From Jatrophihabitans sp. (GTDB lineage: Bacteria > Actinomycetota > Actinomycetes > Mycobacteriales > Jatrophihabitantaceae): a stretch of 64,000 bases of DNA. The stretch spans positions 40-64,039 of the forward strand of contig DATAKO010000049.1 in assembly GCA_036261575.1 (NCBI GenBank), written 5' to 3'. Of the stretch, positions 47,259 through 57,368 are shown in pieces; the first letter of the stretch is position 1; the number at the start of each line of letters is the position of its first letter. The notes below the pieces were generated by a model that ran no database searches, was not told where the DNA came from, and was given only the letters and a program-made list of their open reading frames with translations. Made by a program: the position numbers and the translations under genes.

Positions 47259-49015
47259 GCCGCCAGCGCCTGTGTCGCGTCCGGCACGGACGCCGGCGGC
47301 AACTGGCCGGCCGGTGCCGGTCGACCGATCAGGAAGCCCTGTGCGGTGTCGCAGCCGAGCTCGCGCAACACCGCCAGCTGCTGCGGCCGCTCCACGCCTT
47401 CGGCGGTCACGGTGAGGCCGAGCGCATGCGCCGCCTCGATCACGCCCCGCACCAGCGCCGCGTCTGCCGGGCTGGCGTCCACGCAGTCGATGAAGCTCTT
47501 GTCGATCTTGACGGCGGTCAGCGGCAGCTCGCGCAGCATCGACAGCGACGAGTATCCGGTGCCGAAGTCGTCCAGCTCCACCTCGACGCCGACGCGGCGC
47601 AGCGCCGCCAGCTGCGCCAGGCTGGCCTCGAAGTCGATGATGGCCGAGCTCTCGGTGATCTCGATCCGCAGCAGCGCGGCCGGCAGCGACCACAGCTGCA
47701 GCGTCCGGGCGATCACGCCGGCCAGTTGAGGGTCGCGGAACTGCACCGGCGAGACGTTGACCGAGACGATGCGTGGCCGTCCGGCGTCGAGCCAGGCAGC
47801 GGCCTGTTCGCAGGCACGGTCGAGCACCCAGCGACCCAGCTCGAAGATCTGGTCGCTCTCCTCGGCGATCGGGATGAATTCGGCCGGCGACACCGGCCCG
47901 AGTTCCACATCGGACCAGCGCAGCAGCGCCTCGACCGAGCTCGCGTCGCCGGTCGCCATCTCCAGCTTCGACTGGTAGTGCAGCGACAGGCCGCGATCGT
48001 CGGTCAGCGCCCGGCGCAGCCCGCGCCGGATCAGTGCGCGCCTGGCCAGCGAGTCGCCGTCGGCCCGGTCCAGGATCCGCTCGACCCGCCGCTTGCCGTT
48101 GCGCTTGGCCCGCAGCATCGCCCCGTCAGCCAGCCGGAGCAGCGCGTCCAATTGCGTCAGGCCCTGCTCCTGCCTGGCCTCCGCGCCGGTCACGATGCCC
48201 ACCGAGGCCGAGATGTGCACCGGCTCGTCCTCGATCACGAAGCCGGCGCTGGCAACGAGTACCAGCCGCTCCGCGATCGCCAACGCCTGGGCCTCGGACA
48301 CCCCGGCCAGCAGCACCGCGAACTCGTCCCCGCCGAGCCGCGCGATGACGTCGGCCGGTCGCACGCAGGTACGCAGTCGCTGCGCGAACTCGACCAGGAT
48401 CTGGTCCCCGGCCCGGTGCCCCAGCGTGTCATTGACCAACTTGAAGCCGTCCAGATCGACGTAGAGGATCGCGATCTCGGCCGGCGCCTGCCCGGCTGCC
48501 AGCAGTTGCGCGGCGCGTTGGTCCAGCAGCCGCCGGTTCGGCAACCCGGTCAGCGGGTCGTGCAGTGCGATGTGCCCGAACACCGCCGACAGCCGCTCGA
48601 AGACCGCTGACGCGGTGACCACCCGGGTGCGCGAGCCGGCCAGCACCAGCAGGTCGGCGTACCGCTCGGCAGCAGGCCGCTGCAGGATGTGGCCGGCTGT
48701 TGCCGGCAGATCCAGCTCGGCGGCCACCGTGAGCGTGGCAGCCGGAGCGAGCTCACCGGCGGTGGCGCGAGCGTGCAGCGAGCGGCCGTAGCCGAACGGC
48801 CCGGACAGCGCCGCATCCAGGCGCTCTCGGGACAGGTACCGGTCCGGTCCGGGGCCCGCCACGAGCACGCCGCGCAGCAGCGGCTCGCGGCGAAAGAGCC
48901 GCTCCACGCCGAGCACCGGCTCGGCGGCGTCGACCCGCGGCACGTCGAAGGCGAGCGCGCCTACCCGACTTTCAGCCGCGGCGGTGGCCAGCACCTGCAC
49001 AGGGATTGCCGACAT
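47243..49015 (-). CDS. CBS-like / GGDEF / EAL protein
   Basis: N-terminal [10 protein letters not shown] region, [43 protein letters not shown]; start 49015 or 49021. Confidence 0.9.
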   Translation of the reverse strand: MSAIPVQVLATAAAESRVGALAFDVPRVDAAEPVLGVERLFRREPLLRGVLVAGPGPDRYLSRERLDAALSGPFGYGRSLHARATAGELAPAATLTVAAELDLPATAGHILQRPAAERYADLLVLAGSRTRVVTASAVFERLSAVFGHIALHDPLTGLPNRRLLDQRAAQLLAAGQAPAEIAILYVDLDGFKLVNDTLGHRAGDQILVEFAQRLRTCVRPADVIARLGGDEFAVLLAGVSEAQALAIAERLVLVASAGFVIEDEPVHISASVGIVTGAEARQEQGLTQLDALLRLADGAMLRAKRNGKRRVERILDRADGDSLARRALIRRGLRRALTDDRGLSLHYQSKLEMATGDASSVEALLRWSDVELGPVSPAEFIPIAEESDQIFELGRWVLDRACEQAAAWLDAGRPRIVSVNVSPVQFRDPQLAGVIARTLQLWSLPAALLRIEITESSAIIDFEASLAQLAALRRVGVEVELDDFGTGYSSLSMLRELPLTAVKIDKSFIDCVDASPADAALVRGVIEAAHALGLTVTAEGVERPQQLAVLRELGCDTAQGFLIGRPAPAGQLPPASVPDATQALAAQSRR

Positions 49016-49136
49016 GATCAACTCGTCGGCGCGCCGACGCCTGCTCTGAGGCGCAGCGCCGGCTGTTCACTCCTCGTTCAGCCGCTGGTCGGTCGCCCCG
49101 CCGGCGGCTCGTGGCGGGTGTGGTTGAGTGGTCGGC

Positions 49137-50549
49137 ATGGCCCTGCACCGTGGTGACCACAGCCGGCCCGGACGTGAGCGCGCCTCGGCGGGTGGCCGGC
49201 ACCTGAACGCGTTGATCACCTCGACCACCCCGGTGCTGGATGATCAGCTGGTCCCCCCCACCCACCGGTTGGCCGCGGACCCGGTGCCGGCCGATGTCGC
49301 CTGCCAGCTGGTGAAGGACGAGCTGCTGCTGGACGGCAACGCGCGGCTCAACCTGGCCACGTTCGTCACCACCTGGATGGAGCCGCAGGCGGCCGAGCTG
49401 ATGGCTGCGTGCGCGGACAAGAACATGATCGACAAGGACGAGTACCCGCAGACTGCTGAGCTGGAGCGCCGGTGCGTGGCGATCCTGGCCGACCTGTGGC
49501 ACGCGCCTGAGGCCGCCGCCGCGGTGGGCTGCTCCACCACGGGTTCCAGCGAGGCGGCAATGCTGGCCGGGCTGGCGTTGCAGCGACGGTGGGCCGCGCG
49601 CACCGGGGACCGTAGCCGCCGGCCGAACCTGGTGATGGGTGCCAACGTCCAGGTCTGCTGGGAGAAGTTCTGCCGCTACTGGGACGTGGAGGCGCGGCTG
49701 GTGCCGATGGAGGGCGACCGGTTCCACCTGGGCGCGGCCGAGGCGGTGGCGCAAGTGGATGAGAATACCATCGGCGTGGTGGCCATCCTCGGCTCCACCT
49801 TCGACGGCAGCTACGAGCCGGTCGCCGAGATCTGCGCCGCGCTGGACGATCTGCACGCCAACGGCGGCCCGGACGTGCCGGTGCATGTCGATGCCGCCTC
49901 GGGCGGCTTCATCGCACCGTTCCTGGATCCGGAGCTGGTCTGGGACTTCCGGCTGCCCAGGGTTGCCTCGATCAACGCTTCCGGTCACAAGTACGGGCTG
50001 GTCTACCCCGGCGTCGGCTGGGCGCTCTGGCGCGAGAAGTCGGCACTGCCGGAGGAGCTGATCTTCAACGTCAACTATCTCGGCGGCAACATGCCGACCT
50101 TCGCGCTGAACTTCTCCCGACCCGGTGCCGAGGTCGTCGCCCAGTACTACAACTTCTTCCGGCTCGGCCACAACGGCTACACCGCCGTACAGGCCGCGGC
50201 CCGCGACGTTGCGACGACCCTCGCCGACGGCATCGCCCAGCTCGGCCCGTTCCGGTTGCTGACTCGCGGTGACGAGCTGCCGGTGTTCGCCTTCACCACC
50301 ACGCCCGAGGTGACCGGCTGGGACGTCTTCGCGGTCTCGCGGGCGTTGCGGGAGCGCGGCTGGCAGCTGCCCGCCTACACCTTCCCGGCCAACCGGCAGG
50401 ACCTGTCCGTGCTGCGGGTGGTGGTACGCAACGGCTTCGGCCACGACCTGGCGCAGCTGCTGCTGCACGACCTGCGCGCCAGCGTCGAGCAGCTGAGCGC
50501 GCAGGCCGGTGCCGGTGCGCAGTCCGGGCCGTCCGGCTTCCACCACTGA
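49137..50549 (+). CDS. gadB: Glutamate decarboxylase
   Basis: [43 protein letters not shown] (PLP Lys). Confidence 0.95.
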   Translation: MALHRGDHSRPGRERASAGGRHLNALITSTTPVLDDQLVPPTHRLAADPVPADVACQLVKDELLLDGNARLNLATFVTTWMEPQAAELMAACADKNMIDKDEYPQTAELERRCVAILADLWHAPEAAAAVGCSTTGSSEAAMLAGLALQRRWAARTGDRSRRPNLVMGANVQVCWEKFCRYWDVEARLVPMEGDRFHLGAAEAVAQVDENTIGVVAILGSTFDGSYEPVAEICAALDDLHANGGPDVPVHVDAASGGFIAPFLDPELVWDFRLPRVASINASGHKYGLVYPGVGWALWREKSALPEELIFNVNYLGGNMPTFALNFSRPGAEVVAQYYNFFRLGHNGYTAVQAAARDVATTLADGIAQLGPFRLLTRGDELPVFAFTTTPEVTGWDVFAVSRALRERGWQLPAYTFPANRQDLSVLRVVVRNGFGHDLAQLLLHDLRASVEQLSAQAGAGAQSGPSGFHH

Positions 50550-50684
50550 CCGATCGCCGGCCGTGGTTGCGGCGTCGGTGAACAACAAACCTTGCCAACG
50601 GCTGCTGCCGACGGCTTCGATGGTCCAGGCGGCGGCTCGCTGCCCGCCGCCGATGCGAGAGGGCCGCAGATGCGAGGAGCAACG

Positions 50685-51026
50685 ATGGCATGGGTCTACC
50701 TGGCGCTGGCCATTGCCGCCGAGGTCGGCGGAACCGTCCAGCTGCGTGCGCTGAGCACCACGAGCCACCGGTTCGCACTGATCGTGGCGGTCACCGTCGC
50801 CTACGCGGCATCGTTCTTCTTCATGACGTTTGCCCTACGCCATATCGGTGTCGGTGCGGTCTACGCGATCTGGTCTGGGGTCGGCACCTTCTTCGTCGCG
50901 CTGCTGGGCCAGCTGCTCTACGGCGACCGGATCCGCTGGATCGGGGCGCTCGGCATGGTGCTCATCGTCGGTGGTGTGATGCTGGTGGTGGCCGGTGGCA
51001 GCGCGCACGGCCGGTCGGGTGGCTGA
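50685..51026 (+). CDS. SMR/DMT small multidrug efflux protein
   Basis: [17 protein letters not shown] (membrane Glu), VYAIWSGVG, four TM helices; GAGGAG RBS. Confidence 0.9.
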   Translation: MAWVYLALAIAAEVGGTVQLRALSTTSHRFALIVAVTVAYAASFFFMTFALRHIGVGAVYAIWSGVGTFFVALLGQLLYGDRIRWIGALGMVLIVGGVMLVVAGGSAHGRSGG

Positions 51027-51038
51027 TCTCGACTTGTG

Positions 51039-51054
51039 ACTCTGCTAGTTGTAG
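51039..51054. promoter_or_regulatory. Candidate operator, copy 1 of ACTCTGYTARYWGWAG
   Basis: ACTCTGCTAGTTGTAG, overlapping a TAGCGT -10-like hexamer 8 nt before ATG 51066. Confidence 0.55.
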
Positions 51055-51065
51055 CGTCACCGGCT

Positions 51066-52631
51066 ATGACGTCAGATCGGATCTGGGCGCAATTACCGGG
51101 TGATCGAGGCCCGGTGACCAATCTCGCGGCCATCGTGCGCGCCCGTGGCCAGGTCACTCCGGAACTGCCCGCGATCATCGAACCCGACCGCACCACGACC
51201 TTCGCCCAGCTGGACCGGCGTTCCAGCCAGGTCGCTCAGGCGCTGCTGTCCGCGGGTGTGGGACCGGGCGATCGGGTGGCCTACCTGGGCGTGAACGCGC
51301 CGTCCTTCCTGGAGGTGTTCTACGGCACCGCCAAGCTGGGCGCGATCGCCACCGCGCTCAACCACCGGCTCGCGCCGGGGGAGATCCGCCAGATCCTGGC
51401 CGATGCCGAGCCGACCGTGCTGGTGCAGGGTGCCGGCGAGCCGCCGCTGCTCGACCCGCCGGCCGGCCTGCGGGTGGTGCGGGCCGAGGACTACGAGCAC
51501 TGGCTGGCGCCGCATCCGGCCGACGATCCGGGCCGGGAACCCGGCCCGGACGAGCCGGCGGTCATCCTCTACACCTCAGGTACCACCGGGCTGCCCAAGG
51601 GCATAGTGCTCACCGGCGGCTCCATCGGCCAGGCGCTGGCGACGATGCACTGGGACATGGAGCTGGACGAGACGTCGGTCGCCATGGCGCCGATTCCCTA
51701 CTTCCATGTCTCCGGCCTGGGGCTGGCCATGGTCGCCAACCTCAACGGCGCGGCGCTGCTGCTGGAGCTGGCCACCGAACCGACCGCGTTGATGAACCTG
51801 CTGGTGAGCCGGCGCGTCTCGCACGCGGCGGTGGTGCCGACCCTGATCCAGCGGCTGGTGCAGCTGCCGGCGGCAGCAACAGCGGACTGGTCGGCGCTGA
51901 AGTACCTGGTCTATGGCTCGGCGCCGATGCCGCTGCCGATCATCAAGGCGGCTACCGAGCTGTTCGGCTGCAAGTTCATCCAGAGCTACGGCCTGACCGA
52001 ATCCACCGGCGGGGTAACGGTGTTGTGGCCCGAGGACCACCTGCCGGAGCCGGGCCGGGAACACCAGCTGCGGTCGGTGGGGCGGCCGATGCCCGGCGTG
52101 CAGCTGCGAGTGGTCGATCCGGACACGCTGCAGCCGCTGCCGCCGGGCCGGCGTGGCGAGGTGCTGATCGGCGGCGGTCACCTGATGCAGGGGTACTGGC
52201 GCCGGCCGGCCGAGACCGCCGCCGTGCTGACCGAGGACGGCTGGCTGCGCACCGGCGATGGCGGCAGCATGGACGAGCAGGGCTTGCTGTACCTGCACGA
52301 CCGGCTCAAGGACATGATCGTCACCGGCGGCGAGAACGTGTTTCCGGCCGAAGTGGAATCAGTGCTGACCGGACATCCCGCGGTCGCCGAGGTGGCGGTG
52401 ATCGGCATTCCGTCCCAGCAATGGGGGGAATCCCCCTATGCCATCGTGGTGCTCGCGCCGGGGGCCACTGCCGATGCGGCCGAGCTCATCGGCTACGCCC
52501 GGGACCGGCTGGCTCACTACAAGTGTCCGGTCGGGGTCTCCTTCGTGCAGGCGTTGCCCCGCAATGCCAGCGGAAAGCTGCTCAAGCGGGTGTTGCGCGA
52601 GCAGTTCGGCGAGCCGGCCGGGGTCAGGTGA
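51066..52631 (+). CDS. Long-chain acyl-CoA synthetase (AMP-binding)
   Basis: YTSGTTGLPKG, YGLTE, WLRTGDGG, DRLKDMIVTGGENV, GKLLK. Confidence 0.93.
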   Translation: MTSDRIWAQLPGDRGPVTNLAAIVRARGQVTPELPAIIEPDRTTTFAQLDRRSSQVAQALLSAGVGPGDRVAYLGVNAPSFLEVFYGTAKLGAIATALNHRLAPGEIRQILADAEPTVLVQGAGEPPLLDPPAGLRVVRAEDYEHWLAPHPADDPGREPGPDEPAVILYTSGTTGLPKGIVLTGGSIGQALATMHWDMELDETSVAMAPIPYFHVSGLGLAMVANLNGAALLLELATEPTALMNLLVSRRVSHAAVVPTLIQRLVQLPAAATADWSALKYLVYGSAPMPLPIIKAATELFGCKFIQSYGLTESTGGVTVLWPEDHLPEPGREHQLRSVGRPMPGVQLRVVDPDTLQPLPPGRRGEVLIGGGHLMQGYWRRPAETAAVLTEDGWLRTGDGGSMDEQGLLYLHDRLKDMIVTGGENVFPAEVESVLTGHPAVAEVAVIGIPSQQWGESPYAIVVLAPGATADAAELIGYARDRLAHYKCPVGVSFVQALPRNASGKLLKRVLREQFGEPAGVR

Positions 52632-53328
52632 GCCGGAACCGCACCCCGGACAGCTCGAAGGTGTGCCCGGCCCGGCTCCGGTCGGTGGCCGGCAGGCTCA
52701 CCCCGACCAGGCCGGTCCGGCCGTCCCGCTCGGCGATGAAGTGCACGCTGCGACCGGACAGGTCCAGGCTCTGACCGTCCGGCTGCACCGGCACGTCCAG
52801 CACCGCTGCCCACCGCGCGCAACAACCGACCGGGTCGGCGACCGCGAGCTCGATCGCGGTGATATCACCGACCACGTCGGTGCACGCGTTGTCGAAGATG
52901 CGTGGTGCCATGTGCCAGCTGCTTGCCGGCCGGATCTGGTCGAACTCCACCAGGGTGCCGAAATCGCGCGGGTGCCACTGGGTGATGGTGTGGCCTTCGT
53001 AGGGCGTCTGGAAGACCGGTTTCAGGTCAAGCCGTCCGGCCCGTGCCTGCAGCGCCTCTATGTCCTCGACCTGAACCACCACCATGTAACCGAGGTTCCC
53101 GCGCTTGGCGACCAGCCGCCCCGGCATGGTGTCGGGCCCGAGCGGGGCACTGAATTCGAGAAACGTGTCCCGAATGGTCAACACCTCATGGATGAAACCG
53201 AGCGCGGCCATCCCCTCGGCATCCTGCACGCCGCGGCCCAGCCCCAGCTCCTGCCGGGCGCGCGCCAGCGTGTCCGGCAGGTCGGCCGCCAGGAAGACCA
53301 GCTGCCGGACCGCCGGTAGCGCGGTCAT
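52624..53328 (-). CDS. VOC/glyoxalase-like hypothetical protein
   Basis: RQLVF...FLEFSAP...GYMVVVQV...WHPRDFGTLVEFDQ; two beta-alpha-beta-beta-beta-like repeats; ATGA overlap with upstream gene. Confidence 0.6.
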   Translation of the reverse strand: MTALPAVRQLVFLAADLPDTLARARQELGLGRGVQDAEGMAALGFIHEVLTIRDTFLEFSAPLGPDTMPGRLVAKRGNLGYMVVVQVEDIEALQARAGRLDLKPVFQTPYEGHTITQWHPRDFGTLVEFDQIRPASSWHMAPRIFDNACTDVVGDITAIELAVADPVGCCARWAAVLDVPVQPDGQSLDLSGRSVHFIAERDGRTGLVGVSLPATDRSRAGHTFELSGVRFRLT

Positions 53329-54407
53329 CGAGCGGCTCCGGTCAGCCGCGGCTGCCACGGCAGCAGGTCCGGCAGCTCGAAGATGCCGGGTTCTGCCTGC
53401 ACCACGAACGGGATCGCCGCGATCACGGGACCGGCGGTGGCGTACTGCTCGGCATGGGTACGCCGGCCGGCCGGCTGGTCCGGCGGTTCGGTGACGTCGA
53501 TCGCCAGCGCCACGCCGGGCGTACCGGTGATCGAGATGGTCCACAGGTGTGGGTTCTCGAAACCCGGCAGCTGCGCATCCATGATCCAGTTGATCGACAG
53601 CGTGAGGAACCTGCGGCCGGCCACGACGGCATGCCAGCGCCAGTTGGTGCCCGCCACCTGGCCGGGCTCGATCACCCCGCTGGCCAGCTCCAGCCGCCGG
53701 GTTGCCGTAAACACCTGGTGATCCGGTTCGATGCGCTCCAAGGTGAGGCCGAGCCGGTCGATGGCGAAGTGGATTGCCTCGGCGAACAGTGTGTCGTACA
53801 GCTGGGCGAACGCCCCGGTGAGCAGTTCCGGCGCGGCAGGGTCCTTGCCCATGCCCATCACGTCGAACACGAATGCCGGGTCCGGCATGGTGGAGGCATC
53901 CACCACCTCGCGGACCGCGATCGAGTCGACCCGCAGGCACATTCCGGTGGCGGTCAGCGCGAGCCGCTCCAGCACGAAGCCCGGATTGATGCCGGCCCCG
54001 AACAGCGTGACGCCGCCCCGTTCGGCCGCCTCGCGGAACCTCGCCTCGCGCTCCGGCCCGTGCGCACGGGGGTAGTGATGCCCCAGCGTGGTGATCACGT
54101 TCTTGCCCGATTCGAGCAGCGCGATGATGTCATCGTCCTGTGATTCGTAGGGAATCCCGATTCGCGCGGTGTGCAGCACCACATCGGCGTCCAGCGCCAG
54201 GATCTCGTCCCGGCTCCGGGTGGCACGCACGCCGGTCGGCTCGACCCGCGCCACCGTCCCGGCGTCCTGGCCTGCCTTGCGCTCGGAGTAGACGTACAAC
54301 CCGACCAGGTCCAGGTCTGGATGGGCGAGCACTGCCCGCAGGGTGGTCTTACCGATCGCCCCGGTAGCCCACTGCACCACCCGCCACGGCCGGCCCGGCG
54401 CGCTCAC
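53325..54407 (-). CDS. Dihydrodipicolinate-reductase-like / 2,4-diaminopentanoate-dehydrogenase-like oxidoreductase
   Basis: VVQWATGAIG, KAGQDAG, LESGKNVIT, GAGINPGF. Confidence 0.8.
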   Translation of the reverse strand: MSAPGRPWRVVQWATGAIGKTTLRAVLAHPDLDLVGLYVYSERKAGQDAGTVARVEPTGVRATRSRDEILALDADVVLHTARIGIPYESQDDDIIALLESGKNVITTLGHHYPRAHGPEREARFREAAERGGVTLFGAGINPGFVLERLALTATGMCLRVDSIAVREVVDASTMPDPAFVFDVMGMGKDPAAPELLTGAFAQLYDTLFAEAIHFAIDRLGLTLERIEPDHQVFTATRRLELASGVIEPGQVAGTNWRWHAVVAGRRFLTLSINWIMDAQLPGFENPHLWTISITGTPGVALAIDVTEPPDQPAGRRTHAEQYATAGPVIAAIPFVVQAEPGIFELPDLLPWQPRLTGAAR

Positions 54408-55624
54408 GCCTCGGCCAGCCGCTCGATGACTACGGCGGTGCCCAGGCCCAGTGCCGCCGGGATGGTCAGCAGGCCGTACCGGCCGCCGGTGCGCTCGAGT
54501 GCCGCCAGCGCGGTGGCCAGCAGGATGCCGCCGCTGGCGCCGAGCGGGTGTCCCATCGACACCGCGCCGCCGTCGACGTTGAGAATCTCGTCGGCGAAGC
54601 CGAACTCGCGCTGCACCAGCAGCGGGCTGACCGCGAACGACTCGTTCACCTCGACGATGTCGAGCTCGGCCGGGGTCAGCTTGGCGCGGTCCAGTGCGCG
54701 CCGGACGGCAGGGATGGTGGCGGTGAGCAGCGGCGAGCGAACCGCGGCGGTCGCTGTCGCCAGGATCCGCGCGCGTGGCGGACGGTGCACTACCTGCTCC
54801 GCGGCGCGGCTGCCGATCAACGCGAGCGAGGCGCCGTCGACGATCTGCGGCGCCACCGCCGCGGTGTGCACCGGCGGAAACTCGCCGAGCTCGGGCAACC
54901 GGCGACCGACCCGGGCATGCGCGCTCGCGTCGTCCGGGAACAGCAGCGGCATCGCCGCGAAGTCGGCCGCGGTCAGCTGTGGCCGGATGGCGTCGTCGCG
55001 CTCCAGCAGCGGTTGGCCGTCCGCGCCGAGCACCGGTATCACGCTGCCCGAGAAGTGCCCCTGCGCCCAGGCCCGGGCCGCACGCTGGTGTGAGCGCAGG
55101 CCGTAGGCATCGAGCTCGGCCCGCGTCATCCCGGCGGTCGCCGCGGTGGCGTCGGCGGAGACCCCGATGGTCACGAATCCAGTGCGTTCACCGAGCTCTT
55201 CGTCGAAGCCGATGCCTGGCCGGTCCGACATCATCGGCGCTCGCGACATCGACTCCACGCCACCGGCCGCCACCAGCTCGGCGGTGCCCGCGCTCACCTG
55301 TGCCGCCGCGGCGGCCAGCGCATCCAGTCCGGAACAGCACAGCCGGCCGACCACGGTGCCGGACAACTCGTCCGGCCAGCCCGCCCAGATCACCGACGCG
55401 CGCGCCACATTGCCCGCTTGCTCGCCGGTGATCGTGCTGACCCCGAGAATCACCTCTTCGACCGTCGTCCCGTCGTGCCCGGCCGTCAGGTCGTTGCGCT
55501 CGTCGAGGGCGTGCATCAGCTGCCCGACCAGCTCGTGCGGCGGTACCGCGGCCAGCGCACCACCGTCCCGGCGCACCCGGCCGCGCGGCGTGCGCACCAC
55601 GTCGTAGACGTAGGCGTCCAGCAT
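54404..55624 (-). CDS. Thiolase-family protein lacking the C-terminal catalytic Cys
   Basis: VRTPRG, RLCCSG, GGVESMS, NESF, GHPLGASG, but TIPAALG in place of CxGGG; AAGGAG RBS. Confidence 0.85.
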   Translation of the reverse strand: MLDAYVYDVVRTPRGRVRRDGGALAAVPPHELVGQLMHALDERNDLTAGHDGTTVEEVILGVSTITGEQAGNVARASVIWAGWPDELSGTVVGRLCCSGLDALAAAAAQVSAGTAELVAAGGVESMSRAPMMSDRPGIGFDEELGERTGFVTIGVSADATAATAGMTRAELDAYGLRSHQRAARAWAQGHFSGSVIPVLGADGQPLLERDDAIRPQLTAADFAAMPLLFPDDASAHARVGRRLPELGEFPPVHTAAVAPQIVDGASLALIGSRAAEQVVHRPPRARILATATAAVRSPLLTATIPAVRRALDRAKLTPAELDIVEVNESFAVSPLLVQREFGFADEILNVDGGAVSMGHPLGASGGILLATALAALERTGGRYGLLTIPAALGLGTAVVIERLAEA

Positions 55625-55850
55625 GGCGTTCTCCTTCGGGGCTTCGTGGCCCTCGCTCACCGGCAGCCGGCGCCACCGGTGAACCTCGTCGCCGCGGGCA
55701 TGATGCGGCCGTCGAGCGGGGCCTTGATACTTCAGTAATAGCAGTGACTCGGTCACAGAGGAAGTGCCAATTCGTCACCGGCGTGCCGGACGGGCCGAGT
55801 CGGGCTTGTGAGCGGCGGGCAGCGTGGTGCATAGTGCCTGTCACGCAGTT

Positions 55851-55866
55851 ACTCTGCTAACTGAAG
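55851..55866. promoter_or_regulatory. Candidate operator, copy 2 of ACTCTGYTARYWGWAG
   Basis: ACTCTGCTAACTGAAG in divergent gap; related inverted copy CTTCAGTAATAGCAGTGAC at 55730-55748. Confidence 0.55.
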
Positions 55867-55946
55867 TTTAGCTCTGCTGGCCGCAGCGCTCGCCCACCTC
55901 GTCAATCCAGGGTGATCGCTGATGCGGGCCGGTCGGAAAGGGACGG

Positions 55947-56897
55947 ATGCCGCCGATGGATCTCGACGCGCTGCGGGTACCGGTCATTGCCGCTCCGATG
56001 TTCCTCATCTCGGGCCCGGAGCTGGTGATCGAGGCGTCCCGGGCAGGCGCGATCGGAGCCTTCCCGGCGCCGAACTGCCGCACGGTCGACGAACTCGACG
56101 AGTGGATGCACACCATCGAGCAGGCCCTGACCGACGCCGACGGTCACACGCTGCCCTGGGCGGTCAACCTGGTGACGCACCGCACCAACGAGCGGCTGCC
56201 GGCTGATCTCGAAGTGGTGGCCGCGCACCGGCCGCCGATCGTCATCACCGCACTGGGCTCGCCGAAACCGGTGATGGAGACGGTGAAGGGTTACGGCGGG
56301 TTGGTGCTGGCCGACGTCGTCAGCGTGGCCCTGGCACGCAAGGCCGCCGCCGCGGAGGTGGACGGGTTGGCCTGCGTGTCAGCTGGCGCGGGCGGCCACA
56401 CCGGGCACCTGTCGCCCTTTGCTTTCATCAGCGCGGTGCGGGAATTCTTCGACGGCATCATCGCGGTGGGCGGTGGCATCAGCGACGGGGCCGGCGTTGC
56501 CGGCGCCATCGTGGCCGGCGCTGACCTGGTTTACGTGGGTACCCGGTTTCTGGCCACCACCGAGAGCATGGCGGTGCCGGAATACAAGCAGATGGTGGTC
56601 GAACACGGACTCGACGACCTGATCGTCAGCTCCGCGGTGACCGGTACCGATGCATCCTGGCTGAAGCCGAGCCTGATCGCCAACGGCTTCGATCCCGATG
56701 ACATGGGTGCCGCCCACGAGCGCAGCTACAACAGCGGTAACGCCGCCGGTCACGCCAGGTGGAAGGAGATCTGGGCGGCCGGCCAGGGATTGCAGACAAT
56801 TCACGCGGTGGACCCGACCCGCACCGTGGTGCAACGGCTCGAGGCGGAGTACCGCCACGCACTGCGGCGTCGGCTGCCTGCCGACGTCACCGGCTGA
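55947..56897 (+). CDS. Nitronate monooxygenase / FabK-like FMN oxidoreductase
   Basis: PVIAAPMF, AGAGGHTG, GGGI, YVGTRFLAT, WAAGQG. Confidence 0.88.
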   Translation: MPPMDLDALRVPVIAAPMFLISGPELVIEASRAGAIGAFPAPNCRTVDELDEWMHTIEQALTDADGHTLPWAVNLVTHRTNERLPADLEVVAAHRPPIVITALGSPKPVMETVKGYGGLVLADVVSVALARKAAAAEVDGLACVSAGAGGHTGHLSPFAFISAVREFFDGIIAVGGGISDGAGVAGAIVAGADLVYVGTRFLATTESMAVPEYKQMVVEHGLDDLIVSSAVTGTDASWLKPSLIANGFDPDDMGAAHERSYNSGNAAGHARWKEIWAAGQGLQTIHAVDPTRTVVQRLEAEYRHALRRRLPADVTG

Positions 56898-56927
56898 ACA
56901 CTTACCCACTGCCCGAAAGGAAAATCC

Positions 56928-57323
56928 ATGACCGCGGCGGAGCCCCGTCACCCGCACGTACAGCTGCTCGATCGGATCATCGCGGCGGCCGAAGCCGGCG
57001 ATGCCAGCGATCTGGTGAACATCTACGCCGAGGATGCGGTGATCTGGCACAACCACGACGGCAAGCAGACCTCAGTCGCCCAGAATTCGAAGCTGCTCGA
57101 ATCGATGGCGAGCTGGGTGGCCGACCGCCGCTACACCGACCGGCGCATCCACGTCTTCGACGGCGGTGTGGTGCAGCAGCACGTGCTGCGCGGCACGCAC
57201 CGGGCCAGCGGTGAGGAGCTGGCGATGGATGCCTGCGTCGTCGTGCTGGTCAATGAACAGGGCCGGATCACCCGGCTGGACGAGTACATCGACTCCCGCC
57301 AAGCTGCTCGCTTCCGGCCCTGA
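56928..57323 (+). CDS. NTF2/SnoaL-like protein
   Basis: YAEDAVIWHNHDG, VVQQHVL, ITRLDEYID; GAAAGGA RBS. Confidence 0.85.
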   Translation: MTAAEPRHPHVQLLDRIIAAAEAGDASDLVNIYAEDAVIWHNHDGKQTSVAQNSKLLESMASWVADRRYTDRRIHVFDGGVVQQHVLRGTHRASGEELAMDACVVVLVNEQGRITRLDEYIDSRQAARFRP

Positions 57324-57368
57324 CCGCAGGGCGGCGGCACGCGGCTCGGCAAAGCCTGCGCGGCGCGC

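Noticed and set aside
50594-50651. Guanidine-II/III riboswitch upstream of the SMR gene (two GCCRACGGCT repeats and a GC hairpin)
   Set aside because: The ACGG segments lack paired stems, the guanidine-III consensus is absent, and the protein lacks the Gdx signature; an Rfam cmscan would settle it
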